Program-made: the position numbers and the translations under genes
The notes under the pieces: generated by a model
What the model saw: the letters and a program-made list of their open reading frames with translations, nothing else
What the model was told of the DNA's origin: nothing
Database searches by the model: none
In this document: piece by piece, positions 1 through 9,822 of the stretch
Numbering within the stretch: the stretch's first letter is position 1
Layout of the letters: each line of letters starts with the position of its first letter
Source: an uncultured Acidimicrobiia bacterium
GTDB taxonomy: Bacteria > Actinomycetota > Acidimicrobiia > Spongiisociales > ZC4RG35
Direction of reading: 5' to 3'
NCBI GenBank assembly: GCA_964195235.1
Contig: CAXMOW010000003.1
Location: 16,773 to 80,772 of the forward strand
DNA: 64,000 bases

Positions 1-2325
1 CGTTTTTGTTGGAACGAACGGATGAAACCGGTCGGGATGTGTCGGATGTGCCTTGTTGAAATCGAGACTCCTCGCGGTCCCCTGATGGTCACCGCCTGCA
101 CCAACAATGTCTCCGACGGCATGGTGATCGACACCGAGAATGCAGACGTTAAGAAGGCTCAGGAAGCCATTCTCGAGTTTCTTCTCGCCAACCACCCTCT
201 GGACTGTCCGGTGTGTGACAAGGGCGGTGAGTGTCCACTACAAGACCAGGCCATCGCTTACGGGCCCGGTGAGTCACGTTTTGTGGAGATCAAGCGAACC
301 TATGAGAAGCCGATCCCAATCTCCGATCTGGTTCTGCTCGACCGGGAGCGATGCATCCTCTGTGCGTTGTGCACGCGGTTCTCCGAAGAGATTTCTGGAG
401 ACCCCCTCATCGAGTTTCAGGAGCGGGGGAACGAGACCGAGGTCAACACCTTCCCCGACCTGCCCTTTTCGTCGTACTTCTCGGGCAACACCGTCCAAAT
501 CTGCCCGGTCGGCGCCCTCACGGCGAAGCCTTATCGCTTCCGCGCACGTCCCTGGGATCTTCAGAAGGTGGAGAGCTCCTCGGTGCAGGACACCGCTCAC
601 CCCCGTATGGAGATCCACGCCAGTCAGAACGAGATTCTTCGCTACATGGGTGTCGACAACGACGCCACCAACCACGGTTGGCTGTCGGACAAGGCGAGAT
701 TCGGCTTCGAGCACCTCAGGTCTGAAGACCGACTCACTGTCCCATTGGTCCGTCGTGGCGGCGACCTCATCGAGGTCAGCTGGTCCGAGGCCATCGACAT
801 CGTTGCCAACCGCTTCGGTCTGATCAAAGAGGAAGACGGTGGTGGTGCGCTCGGAGTGATCGGTGGCGCCAACGGCACCAACGAAGATGCGTACGCCATC
901 TCCAAGTTCGCCCGGACAGTTCTTGACACCAACAACGTCGACTCTCGGATGGACGACGCTTTGTCATCTCATTTTCTGGCAGCGTCAGTGGACCGGGCAA
1001 CGATCTCCGACCTCGACGGTGCCGACACCATCCTCATCTGGGGTCCCGACCTCAAAGAGGAACACCCCACTTTGTATCTACGTGTTCGGCGCGCCGTCCA
1101 AGAGTTGGGCAAGAAACTGGTGGTCGTCCATCCCCGTGCGACCGGTCTCGATGACCGTGCCGATATCAAGGTCGAGTACCGACCGGGTGGCGGTTTTCAG
1201 CTACTTGATGAGATCGCAGACGGCCAACATGAAGAACTTGCCATCGCCTTATCGGCTGACAAGGTTGTTGCCCTGGTGGGCATCGCCAGCCACGCCGACG
1301 GGCCCGATCTCGCCGAGTCCGTAGCAGCCCTGGTGAGGCAGAAGGCCGGAAGTTCTGCTCTGCTTCCACTGAACGGGCGTTCCAACACCTACGGAGCTTT
1401 GGACATGGGTTTGGCTCCCGATCTTCTCCCAGGTCGAGTCAACCTCGACTCGATCGGATGTGCCAACCTCGCTGAGTCGTGGGGTGAGATTCCCAAGACT
1501 CCAGGGAGGGACACTCGATCCATTCTCGAGGGTCTCGACGCTGGTGACGTCCGAGCGCTGTTGCTCGTCGGGGCCGATCCGTTGCGGGATACGCCGGATC
1601 CGTCGATCGCTGCGGCCGCACTCGACGCCGCCGAGTATGTCGTTTCGATTGACATGTTTCTCAACGATTCCAACCGAAACGCAGATGTGGTCCTCCCCGC
1701 GGCGGGTTTCGCCGAGAAAAGCGGGACAGTCACCAACGTCGAGGGACGTGTCCAGAAACTCAACCAGATCCGACCAGGGCCCGGGCAATCACGACCGGAT
1801 TGGGCGATCATCGACGACATCGCCACGAGGATGGAATCACCTCTCGGACTTGCATCGTCCGAGATGATCAACAAAGAGATCTCGGTTGTTGCCCCGGCAT
1901 ACGAAGACGTCACCTGGGATCTTCTCGAATGGGACAAGCGAGATGGGGTCGTAGTTCCGATTCATGGGGCGCAGGCGATCAACCACATACCGGTTGCCGT
2001 CGGCGGGTCGGCGACCCCTCGAGCAGAGTTCACGCTTCATGTTGCTCGCACGATGTACGACGACGGAGTCCGCCTCCGGCACTCCATGTCGCTCGGCAAG
2101 CTCGCTCCTGGGCCCGTTGCTCACATCCATCCGACAGATGCGCCCAAGCTCGGAGCCAACGATGGGTACCAAGTGCGGGTTGTGACCAGCCAGGGTGAAG
2201 GAGAGTTCACGGTGGTTTTGGATGACGGAACACCGTCAGGAGTGGTTTATGTCCCGTTCAACCAGGTCGGTGGTGCGCAACTAGGTACCGATGCGGTGGT
2301 TCGGGTGACGGTGGTCTCGAAATGA
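1..2325 (+). CDS. nuoG: NADH-quinone oxidoreductase subunit G, 5'-truncated by window edge
   Basis: The frame is open from nt 1 (RFCWNERMKPVGMCRMCLVEI). It has the HPLDCPVCDKGGECPLQD and CILCALCTRF Fe-S motifs and a molybdopterin-oxidoreductase-like C-terminal part. Its stop overlaps the nuoH start (ATGA). Confidence 0.9.
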   Translation, partial: RFCWNERMKPVGMCRMCLVEIETPRGPLMVTACTNNVSDGMVIDTENADVKKAQEAILEFLLANHPLDCPVCDKGGECPLQDQAIAYGPGESRFVEIKRTYEKPIPISDLVLLDRERCILCALCTRFSEEISGDPLIEFQERGNETEVNTFPDLPFSSYFSGNTVQICPVGALTAKPYRFRARPWDLQKVESSSVQDTAHPRMEIHASQNEILRYMGVDNDATNHGWLSDKARFGFEHLRSEDRLTVPLVRRGGDLIEVSWSEAIDIVANRFGLIKEEDGGGALGVIGGANGTNEDAYAISKFARTVLDTNNVDSRMDDALSSHFLAASVDRATISDLDGADTILIWGPDLKEEHPTLYLRVRRAVQELGKKLVVVHPRATGLDDRADIKVEYRPGGGFQLLDEIADGQHEELAIALSADKVVALVGIASHADGPDLAESVAALVRQKAGSSALLPLNGRSNTYGALDMGLAPDLLPGRVNLDSIGCANLAESWGEIPKTPGRDTRSILEGLDAGDVRALLLVGADPLRDTPDPSIAAAALDAAEYVVSIDMFLNDSNRNADVVLPAAGFAEKSGTVTNVEGRVQKLNQIRPGPGQSRPDWAIIDDIATRMESPLGLASSEMINKEISVVAPAYEDVTWDLLEWDKRDGVVVPIHGAQAINHIPVAVGGSATPRAEFTLHVARTMYDDGVRLRHSMSLGKLAPGPVAHIHPTDAPKLGANDGYQVRVVTSQGEGEFTVVLDDGTPSGVVYVPFNQVGGAQLGTDAVVRVTVVSK

Positions 2326-3398
2326 GCTGGCCCGAGTTCGGAATCATTGTCCTCAGGGTCCTGCTGACGTTTGTCCTGCTCATGGTGGTCACGGTGATCA
2401 ATGTTTGGGCCGAGCGAAAGATCGTCGCCGACATGCAGAGTCGAATCGGTCCCTCCCGGGCCGGCCCCTGGGGGATTCTTCAGACCGTGGCTGACGGGTT
2501 GAAGTTGTTTTTCAAGGAGTCGGTTGTGCCTCGCAAGGTCGAGCTTGGGATGTATCTCCTCGCGCCGTTCCTCGCCGTGATCCCCGCGTTCCTCATTTTC
2601 ATGATGGTTCCATGGGGTCAGCCGTTCATGATCGGTGACTACGAGGTCGCCCTGCAGGGTGCCGATCTCAACATCGGGCTGTTGTTCATCTTGGCCATGT
2701 CCTCCTTGGCGGTTTATGGCGTTGTCCTGGCCGGATGGTCTTCGGGTTCCAAGTATCCGCTTATCGGAGGGGTCCGCGCCACCGCGCAGGCCATCTCTTA
2801 TGAGGCGGCAATGGGTCTGGCGATGGTTGCCGTGGTGGTCTACACAGCCACCCAGGGTGACGGAGGAACTCTTTCCCTCGCCGAGATAGTGGAACGCCAG
2901 GGCGGGACGTGGGCTGGATTCATTCCCCGCTGGAACATCTTCCCGCAGATCGCGGCGTTTGTGATCTTTTTTATCGCCATTGTCGCTGAGACCAACCGCG
3001 CCCCTTTCGACCTTGTTGAAGCCGAGCAGGAAATCGTCGGTGGTTTCCACACCGAGTACTCCGGGATGCGCTTCGCCATGTTCTTTCTTGCCGAATACGT
3101 GAACATTTTCTCAATGTCCGCCATCGCAGCCACCCTCTTCCTGGGTGGGTGGAATGGGCCCACGTTCGAGGGCTTCCTCCCCGGTTTCATCTCAGCCCTA
3201 CTTCCGACCGTTTGGTTCCTGATGAAGACGTATCTCATAGTCTTCTTGTTCTTCTGGCTCCGAGCCACGCTTCCCCGCTTGCGCTATGACCAACTGATGA
3301 CCCTCGGGTGGAAGCGGTTGATTCCGGCCGCCCTGGCATGGCTGGTCGTTTCGACCGTTGCCATCGGCATTCGCCAATTTGGCGTGCCCTGGAGTTAG
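2322..3398 (+). CDS. nuoH: NADH-quinone oxidoreductase subunit H
   Basis: Polytopic membrane protein with NuoH/ND1 signatures ([41 protein letters not shown]). Operon position between nuoG and nuoI. Confidence 0.95.
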   Translation: MSWPEFGIIVLRVLLTFVLLMVVTVINVWAERKIVADMQSRIGPSRAGPWGILQTVADGLKLFFKESVVPRKVELGMYLLAPFLAVIPAFLIFMMVPWGQPFMIGDYEVALQGADLNIGLLFILAMSSLAVYGVVLAGWSSGSKYPLIGGVRATAQAISYEAAMGLAMVAVVVYTATQGDGGTLSLAEIVERQGGTWAGFIPRWNIFPQIAAFVIFFIAIVAETNRAPFDLVEAEQEIVGGFHTEYSGMRFAMFFLAEYVNIFSMSAIAATLFLGGWNGPTFEGFLPGFISALLPTVWFLMKTYLIVFLFFWLRATLPRLRYDQLMTLGWKRLIPAALAWLVVSTVAIGIRQFGVPWS

Positions 3399-3400
3399 TC

Positions 3401-4057
3401 ATGGGTCTGATCAAGGAACTCCTCAAAGGCCTCAGAGTCACCGGTGGGACGATGCTCCGCACCATCACCGGTAAGGAAATGGTCACCACCGAGTATCCAA
3501 AGGAGATGCGCCAAAAACCACAGCGGTTCCACGGGCGTCATGTGCTCAACCGTTACCCGGACGGCATGGAAAAGTGCATCGGATGTGAGCTTTGTGCCGG
3601 TGCCTGTCCTGCAGATTGCATCCATGTCCGGGGCATGGACAACGATCCTGCGGACCCGATGTCACCGGGGGAAAGGTTCGGATTCGTCTACGAGATCAAC
3701 CTGCTCCGCTGCATCTTCTGCGGACTATGCGTCGAAGCCTGCCCGACCGAGGCGATCACCATGACCCACCTATTCGAGATGTCGACCACCAACCGTGAGG
3801 ACGCCATCTACACCAAAGAGACCTTGCTAATGGACGCCCAGGGCAACGTGCCTCACATGTTTCCGGACGACCCGCTGGCTGACCAGGCCGAACTGGACAC
3901 TGCAGATGGGTGGCTCCGTGCCACCGCCTCATCCGGCATGGCCGAATACGAGGGAAAGCAGATGTGGCAGGGAACCCCGGGTCCTGCCGATTGGGGAGCA
4001 GAACCATCCCAGGACATAAGTGACGCCCTGTCAGCACCGGACGGCTCAGATGATTGA
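3401..4057 (+). CDS. nuoI: NADH-quinone oxidoreductase subunit I
   Basis: Two 4Fe-4S motifs ([24 protein letters not shown]). The ATG at 3401 lies 3 nt after the nuoH stop, so the longer ORF from 3308 was rejected. Confidence 0.9.
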   Translation: MGLIKELLKGLRVTGGTMLRTITGKEMVTTEYPKEMRQKPQRFHGRHVLNRYPDGMEKCIGCELCAGACPADCIHVRGMDNDPADPMSPGERFGFVYEINLLRCIFCGLCVEACPTEAITMTHLFEMSTTNREDAIYTKETLLMDAQGNVPHMFPDDPLADQAELDTADGWLRATASSGMAEYEGKQMWQGTPGPADWGAEPSQDISDALSAPDGSDD

Positions 4058-4571
4058 AGCCCTTCTCTTCATTCTCATGGCGATCGCGGCCATTGCGGGT
4101 GCTGTGTCCGTTGTGGTTGCTCGCAACCCGGTGTATTCGGCGATGGGGCTTCTCGGGACATTGTTCTCGGTAGCTGTCCTTTATGTCCTTCAACTCGCCC
4201 ACCTTGTCGCAGCCGTCCAGGTCATCGTTTACGCCGGGGCGGTGCTCACCCTCTTTTTGTTCGTGATCATGCTGATCGGCATCGACAAGTCGGAGCAACA
4301 TGATGAGAAGCTGCCGCACCAGAAGGCAATTGTCGGGGGGATTGCCGGAGCGATAGTCCTTCTCGCCGGCGGGATCACGATCTTCGGTGACTTCGACTGG
4401 GTTCCGGCCGGTTCAGTAATCAACCCAAACGCGACCAATGGGACAATCGAGGCCGTCGCCGCTCCTCTCTTCACCGATTGGGTTTTGGCGTTTGAAGCGA
4501 CGGCTCTGCTTCTAACCATCGCTGCTGCCGGCGCGATCGCTTTGGCCCACTACCGACGGAGGCCGAGTTGA
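4050..4571 (+). CDS. nuoJ: NADH-quinone oxidoreductase subunit J
   Basis: Small hydrophobic protein in the operon position of nuoJ. The ATG at 4050 overlaps the nuoI stop (ATGATTGA). Confidence 0.85.
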   Translation: MIEALLFILMAIAAIAGAVSVVVARNPVYSAMGLLGTLFSVAVLYVLQLAHLVAAVQVIVYAGAVLTLFLFVIMLIGIDKSEQHDEKLPHQKAIVGGIAGAIVLLAGGITIFGDFDWVPAGSVINPNATNGTIEAVAAPLFTDWVLAFEATALLLTIAAAGAIALAHYRRRPS

Positions 4572-4870
4572 TCGACCCAGGTTTGTACATGGCTCTTGCG
4601 GCAGTGCTCTTTGTGATCGGTGCTCTCGGGTTGCTGCTTCGTCGCAATGCATTGGTGATGTTCATGTGCATCGAGTTGATGTTGAACGCCGTCAATCTCA
4701 CCCTCATTTCAGCGGGTCGCGCCCTCAACGATATCAACGGCCAAGTCGCGGTCTTTTTCATCCTGGTGGTAGCGGCTGCTGAGGTGGTCGTCGGTCTTGC
4801 CATCATCGTGTCGGTTTTCCGTCTGAGGTCCACAGCTTCGGTTGACGAGTTGAGTGAGCTTCGAGGATGA
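4568..4870 (+). CDS. nuoK: NADH-quinone oxidoreductase subunit K
   Basis: 100-aa three-TM protein. Its N-terminus ([27 protein letters not shown]) is NuoK-like. The TTG start overlaps the nuoJ stop. Confidence 0.9.
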   Translation: MIDPGLYMALAAVLFVIGALGLLLRRNALVMFMCIELMLNAVNLTLISAGRALNDINGQVAVFFILVVAAAEVVVGLAIIVSVFRLRSTASVDELSELRG

Positions 4871-6753
4871 CCGAGTTGATCTGGCTCGCGATCGCGGTTC
4901 CGCTTGCGGGAGCACTGTTTCTCCACCTATTCGGGCGCTATCTGAAAGAGCCGTTGCCAGGGATCATCGCGTCTTTGGCTGTTGGCACGTCCTTCTTGAT
5001 TGGCCTTGTCGCGGCTATCCCGTTCCTGGAAGGCGGTGCTCACGGCGAGACGATCCTTCTTTGGGAGTGGATGCCCGCGATCGGCGCCAACATGGAGATC
5101 CTCTGGGATCCACTCGCCGCGATGATGACGTTGATCGTCACCGGAGTGGGCGCATTGATCCACGTGTTCGCCATCGGTTACATGCATGGGGACGAGAGAT
5201 TCCATCGCTTCTTTGCGATCCTCAACCTCTTCATCGCCTCAATGCTCACTCTGGTCCTTGCTGGCAATTACGCCATGCTGTTTCTCGGCTGGGAGCTGGT
5301 GGGGCTTTGTTCCTACCTTCTCATCGGCTTCTGGTTCAAGCGCCATTCGGCAGCGGCAGCAGCCAAGAAAGCGTTCATCGTCAATCGCATAGGAGACCTA
5401 GGGCTGATGGTCGGCCTGATGCTGGTTTTCACCGCCTTCGGGACCTTGTCTTACGCCGGGATCTTCGACCGGGCTGATGCCGAACTCACCACGGGTCTGG
5501 CCACCGCCATCGCTCTCCTGTTTTTTCTGGGAGCTGCTGGCAAGTCAGCACAGATCCCCCTGTATGTCTGGTTGCCTGACGCCATGGAAGGCCCGACGCC
5601 GGTGTCGGCTCTCATCCACGCGGCGACAATGGTCACGGCTGGCGTCTATCTCATTGCACGTTCAGCCGCCATCTATGAACTCGCTCCGGCGGCACAGGTG
5701 ACCGTTGCCACCGTCGGGGCATTCACCGCTCTTTGGGCTGCAACGATCGCGATCGGGCAGCGCGACATCAAAAAAGTCCTTGCGTACTCCACAATTTCCC
5801 AACTCGGCTACATGATCCTCGCTGTCGGGACTACCGCCTACGTCGCAGGGCTTTTTCACTTGATGACCCACGCCTTCTTCAAGGCGCTCCTATTTCTCGG
5901 TGCCGGCTCGGTCATCCACGCCATGAACAACGAGCAGGACATGTACAAGATGGGCGGGCTGTTCAAGAAGATGAAAATCACGGGGATCACGATGGGTGTG
6001 GCAACCATCGCCATTGCTGGTATCCCGCCACTTGGGGGCTTCTGGTCGAAAGACGAGATCTTGGCTTCGGTGTTTGAGCGCGGTGGCTACTTCTCATTTC
6101 TCTGGGTCATTGGTCTGATTGCGGCATTGATCACGGGCTTTTACATGACCAGGCAGTTCATCCTGGTGTTCCTGGGTAAGCCTCGTTGGGACGACGGAGT
6201 GGAACCGCACGAGTCGCCCCGGGTGATGACGATCCCCCTGATCATCCTCGCGTTGTTGTCAGCCGTTGGTGGCCTGACCAACACACCGATCCGGCTCAGT
6301 CTTGAGCACTTCCTCGAGCCCTCTTTTGAGGCAGTCAGTCTCGCCCAACCGCCGGAGGAGACTTGGCTGTTCCTTGTGCTCGCCTCGCTATCGGTCCTCG
6401 CCGGAGCAGCTGGCATTGGTGCCGCCTGGGTCAATTACCGCAGGCCGCGGGAGGATTGGGAGCGCTGGGAAGGTGGCCTGGAGCCAGTTTGGACTTGGTG
6501 GGGGCAGGCCTACGGTGTTGACGATTTCTACGGCCGGACCATCGTCGCACCGGGCAAGAAACTGGCTGAGGTGTCGGCGTTCACCATCGATGTCCCCATC
6601 ATCGATGGTGCCGTCAACGGTGTGGGTCGTCTTGTTCGCGGTCTCGGGGATTGGATCCGTCCACTCCAGACCGGCTACGTCCGCAACTACAGCGCCCTCC
6701 TTCTTGCGGGCACCGTCGCCATCCTCATCTGGCTCCTAGTGGCGGGCGCATGA
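4867..6753 (+). CDS. nuoL: NADH-quinone oxidoreductase subunit L
   Basis: 628-aa antiporter-like subunit (GWEGVGLCSYLLIGFW-type motif, SAQIPLYVWLPDAMEGPTPVSALIHAATMV). Confidence 0.95.
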   Translation: MTELIWLAIAVPLAGALFLHLFGRYLKEPLPGIIASLAVGTSFLIGLVAAIPFLEGGAHGETILLWEWMPAIGANMEILWDPLAAMMTLIVTGVGALIHVFAIGYMHGDERFHRFFAILNLFIASMLTLVLAGNYAMLFLGWELVGLCSYLLIGFWFKRHSAAAAAKKAFIVNRIGDLGLMVGLMLVFTAFGTLSYAGIFDRADAELTTGLATAIALLFFLGAAGKSAQIPLYVWLPDAMEGPTPVSALIHAATMVTAGVYLIARSAAIYELAPAAQVTVATVGAFTALWAATIAIGQRDIKKVLAYSTISQLGYMILAVGTTAYVAGLFHLMTHAFFKALLFLGAGSVIHAMNNEQDMYKMGGLFKKMKITGITMGVATIAIAGIPPLGGFWSKDEILASVFERGGYFSFLWVIGLIAALITGFYMTRQFILVFLGKPRWDDGVEPHESPRVMTIPLIILALLSAVGGLTNTPIRLSLEHFLEPSFEAVSLAQPPEETWLFLVLASLSVLAGAAGIGAAWVNYRRPREDWERWEGGLEPVWTWWGQAYGVDDFYGRTIVAPGKKLAEVSAFTIDVPIIDGAVNGVGRLVRGLGDWIRPLQTGYVRNYSALLLAGTVAILIWLLVAGA

Positions 6754-6766
6754 CCCCAAACCGCAA

Positions 6767-6810
6767 ACCTCAGGTAGTACGGCCCGTATACGGGCCAATT
6801 TCGCTCATCT
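6767..6810 (+). repeat. 44-nt conserved motif with central hairpin, copy A (nuoL-nuoM spacer)
   Basis: Sequence is acctcaggtagtac-ggcccgtatacgggcc-aatttcgctcatct. It matches 12557-12600 at 36/44 positions, with one compensatory base-pair change in the stem. Confidence 0.85.
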
Positions 6811-6835
6811 TTGCCCGCCCGTCGCAGGGGCCGAG

Positions 6836-8365
6836 ATGCTGACCTGGCTGATCGTTGTTCCCGTGGCAGCGGCTGCCATCGTCGCCGTAGTGCCGAGCAA
6901 GCGTGAAGAGATCCACCTGCCCCTGGGCATCGCTCTTTCCATGCTTCCCCTGGCCCTGGCGGCCTACATCTTCTACGTGTTCGAGCCTGTCGCAGGATTC
7001 CAGTTCACCGAAAACGCTGTCTGGTACGAACCCTGGGGGATCAGCTGGAGCCTGGGTCTGGACGGAATCTCAATGCCGATGGTTTTGCTCACGACGCTGC
7101 TGGTGCCGATTGCCCTCGGGGCTTCCACTGGCATCAAGACACGTCGCAAGGAGTTTGTGGCCAACACTCTTCTCCTCGAGGCCGGGATGATCGGCGTTTT
7201 CCTCGCCACCGACTTGTTCCTCTTCTTCGTGTTCTTCGAGGTGATCCTCGTCCCCATGTACTTCATCATCGGGATCTGGGGAAGTGACCGTCGTAAATAC
7301 GCGGCGATGAAATTCTTCTTATATACGGCGTTTGGCTCGGCATTGATGCTCGCCGGCATCATCGCCCTGGCACTCATTCACGCCGAGCAGTTCGGCAGCC
7401 CTTCCTTCGCCCTTGCTGATCTCATGAGCCTCGAACTCTCCCAGGGTGCCGAGCGATGGCTATTCGCCGGGTTCGCTCTGGCCTTCGCGATCAAGGTCCC
7501 GTTGTTTCCGTTTCACACGTGGCTACCCGACGCACACACAGAAGCTCCTACCGCCGGCTCTGTCCTGCTTGCAGGCGTTCTCCTCAAGCTTGGCACCTAC
7601 GGATTGCTCCGCTACAACCTCGGTCTTTTCCCCGAGGCCTCAGTTGACGCGGTCTGGATAATGGGCACGCTCGCGGTGATTGGGATCGTCTATGGAGCCG
7701 TGGTCGCCATTGTCCAACCCGACCTCAAAAAACTGGTCGCCTACTCGTCTGTCTCTCACCTTGGCTTCATCGTCTTGGGCACGTTTGCACTCACTTCGGG
7801 TGGCCTCCAAGGGGCTGTTATCCAGAACGTCAACCACGGTCTGACTACCGGAGCCTTGTTCCTTCTTGTGGGAATGCTCTACGAGCGGCGACATACGAAG
7901 CAGATATCTGAGTTCGGTGGTATCCAGAAAGTCATGCCGATCTTTGCGGGCTTCTTCCTCTTCATGGTCTTCGCCTCAATCGGACTCCCCGGGCTCAACG
8001 GGTTCGTAGGAGAGTTCTTGATCTTGATCGGCAGTTACACGACGCTTCCGGTGCTGACCATCGTTGCCGCCTTGGGTGTGGTCCTTGCCGCCATCTATCT
8101 GTTGTGGGCCTACGAACGGGTGTTCACCGGGGTGCCCGAAAAGGAAGAGAACAAGATTCTCACCGACCTTTCACCGCGTGAGATCGGTTTACTTGCCCCG
8201 CTGGCGATCCTGGCTGTTGTCATCGGGCTCTATCCGAACATATTGCTCGACAAGATCGCACCGTCCACTGAACGTGTGCTCGATCACATTGAGGTGACGA
8301 CCGGATACGAGGCGCCGACGCCAGGTCGTCTCGGAGATGTGTTTGTCGCTGGAGAGGATCACTGA
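6836..8365 (+). CDS. nuoM: NADH-quinone oxidoreductase subunit M
   Basis: 509-aa antiporter-like subunit (FPFHTWLPDAHTEAPTAGSVLLAGVLLKLG). Confidence 0.95.
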   Translation: MLTWLIVVPVAAAAIVAVVPSKREEIHLPLGIALSMLPLALAAYIFYVFEPVAGFQFTENAVWYEPWGISWSLGLDGISMPMVLLTTLLVPIALGASTGIKTRRKEFVANTLLLEAGMIGVFLATDLFLFFVFFEVILVPMYFIIGIWGSDRRKYAAMKFFLYTAFGSALMLAGIIALALIHAEQFGSPSFALADLMSLELSQGAERWLFAGFALAFAIKVPLFPFHTWLPDAHTEAPTAGSVLLAGVLLKLGTYGLLRYNLGLFPEASVDAVWIMGTLAVIGIVYGAVVAIVQPDLKKLVAYSSVSHLGFIVLGTFALTSGGLQGAVIQNVNHGLTTGALFLLVGMLYERRHTKQISEFGGIQKVMPIFAGFFLFMVFASIGLPGLNGFVGEFLILIGSYTTLPVLTIVAALGVVLAAIYLLWAYERVFTGVPEKEENKILTDLSPREIGLLAPLAILAVVIGLYPNILLDKIAPSTERVLDHIEVTTGYEAPTPGRLGDVFVAGEDH

Positions 8366-9822
8366 TGGTGACTCCCGATGTCCAGTGGATTGCCATATTT
8401 CCTGAGCTGATTCTTGCCTTGGGCGCGGCCGCTGTCCTCCTGGTTGAAGTTCAGTGGAAGCCTCCAATCAGCCGTCTTGGTCTGATCTCAGCCTTCACTG
8501 CTCTGTTGGCATTTGGGTTCACGATCTTGCAGTGGTCCCAGGCTGAAGATGCTCTCCGGCTCGGGTTTACCGGAGATCTAGTCGGGTTCTCCGGGATGAT
8601 TTTGATGGACGGATTCGCAGTCTTCGGGCGGTTTGCCCTCATCTCCATGATGGGCCTGGGTCTCGTCGCTGGTTGGCGGTTTGTCGAGAGTCTCGGACGA
8701 AGGGGAGCCGAGGCCATCGCTCTTGTCCTGCTCGCGACTACAGGCTTCTCGATAATGGTGGCCTCCAACAACCTGGTCATGATGTTTCTGGGTCTCGAGG
8801 TCGGCTCGATTGCCCTCTACGTGTTGGCCGGCATGACCCGAGACAAGACAAGGTCAGACGAGGCTGCAATGAAGTACTTCCTGCTCGGTTCGTTTGCCTC
8901 AGCCATCTTTGTGTACGGCGTTGCCTTGCTCTACGCCGGAACGGGTGAGTTTGAGGTTCTCGCCATGCGTGGATTCTTCGAAGGTGTCATAGTCACGACA
9001 CCGGCGGTGATCTTGATCGGGATGGGTCTGGTGATCGTCGGACTCGGTTTCAAGGTGTCAGCCGCACCGTTTCACACCTGGGCTCCTGATGTCTATCAGG
9101 GCGCCCCCGCGGGGATCACTGGCTACATGGCGGCGATGGCGAAGATCGCCGGGTTTGTCGCGATCGCACGCATCTTGATAACCGGCCTGCCTCAATTCGA
9201 TCAGAACTGGATGCCCGTTCTCGCCGGGATCGCCACAGCCTCGATGCTCATCGGGTCGGTGGTTGCACTGGTCCAGCATGACATTCGGCGGCTGTTGGCG
9301 TACTCAGGCATCGCTCACGCCGGATTCATCATGACCGGGGTCGTTGGAGGAGCCACCAGCGGGATGTTGTTTTACGTCACGGTGTACGCAATCCAACTTG
9401 TTGGTGCTTTTGCGGTGGTCTCGGCTGTGAGCGGCGCTGACAGCTCTGCTGCGGAAATCGCCGAATATCGGGGTCTGGCGAAACGAAGTCCCGCGCTGGC
9501 AGTCTCGTTCGCTGTGCTCCTGCTCGGAATGGCCGGCCTACCTCTGACCTCTGGGTTTGTGGCCAAGTTTGGAGTTTTCACGGAGGCTTGGGCTGGCGGT
9601 TACGCATGGCTTGTCATCATGGGTGTGCTGATGTCAGTCGTGGCCTTCGCCTTTTACATGCGTGTGATCGTGGTCATGTTCATGGATGAGGCTGACGGTG
9701 ATGGTGTCGCTGTTTCTGCGACTGCTCGATGGGCGGTCGGAATCGCAACCGTCGGGACCATCCTCATCGGCATCGTCCCTGGACCTTTGCTCAGAATGGC
9801 GGCCAATGCCTTCCCGCTCTAG
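8365..9822 (+). CDS. nuoN: NADH-quinone oxidoreductase subunit N
   Basis: 485-aa antiporter-like subunit (APFHTWAPDVYQGAP). Its start overlaps the nuoM stop (TGATG). Confidence 0.9.
   Translation: MVTPDVQWIAIFPELILALGAAAVLLVEVQWKPPISRLGLISAFTALLAFGFTILQWSQAEDALRLGFTGDLVGFSGMILMDGFAVFGRFALISMMGLGLVAGWRFVESLGRRGAEAIALVLLATTGFSIMVASNNLVMMFLGLEVGSIALYVLAGMTRDKTRSDEAAMKYFLLGSFASAIFVYGVALLYAGTGEFEVLAMRGFFEGVIVTTPAVILIGMGLVIVGLGFKVSAAPFHTWAPDVYQGAPAGITGYMAAMAKIAGFVAIARILITGLPQFDQNWMPVLAGIATASMLIGSVVALVQHDIRRLLAYSGIAHAGFIMTGVVGGATSGMLFYVTVYAIQLVGAFAVVSAVSGADSSAAEIAEYRGLAKRSPALAVSFAVLLLGMAGLPLTSGFVAKFGVFTEAWAGGYAWLVIMGVLMSVVAFAFYMRVIVVMFMDEADGDGVAVSATARWAVGIATVGTILIGIVPGPLLRMAANAFPL

Noticed and set aside
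6761-6815. Possible hammerhead-like ribozyme on the reverse strand of the 44-nt motif (gaugagcgaaa followed by a hairpin and cugagg).
   Set aside because: The order and spacing of the conserved boxes do not fit a hammerhead core. There is no stem II between the CUGANGA-like and GAAA boxes. No other self-cleaving ribozyme core was recognisable.
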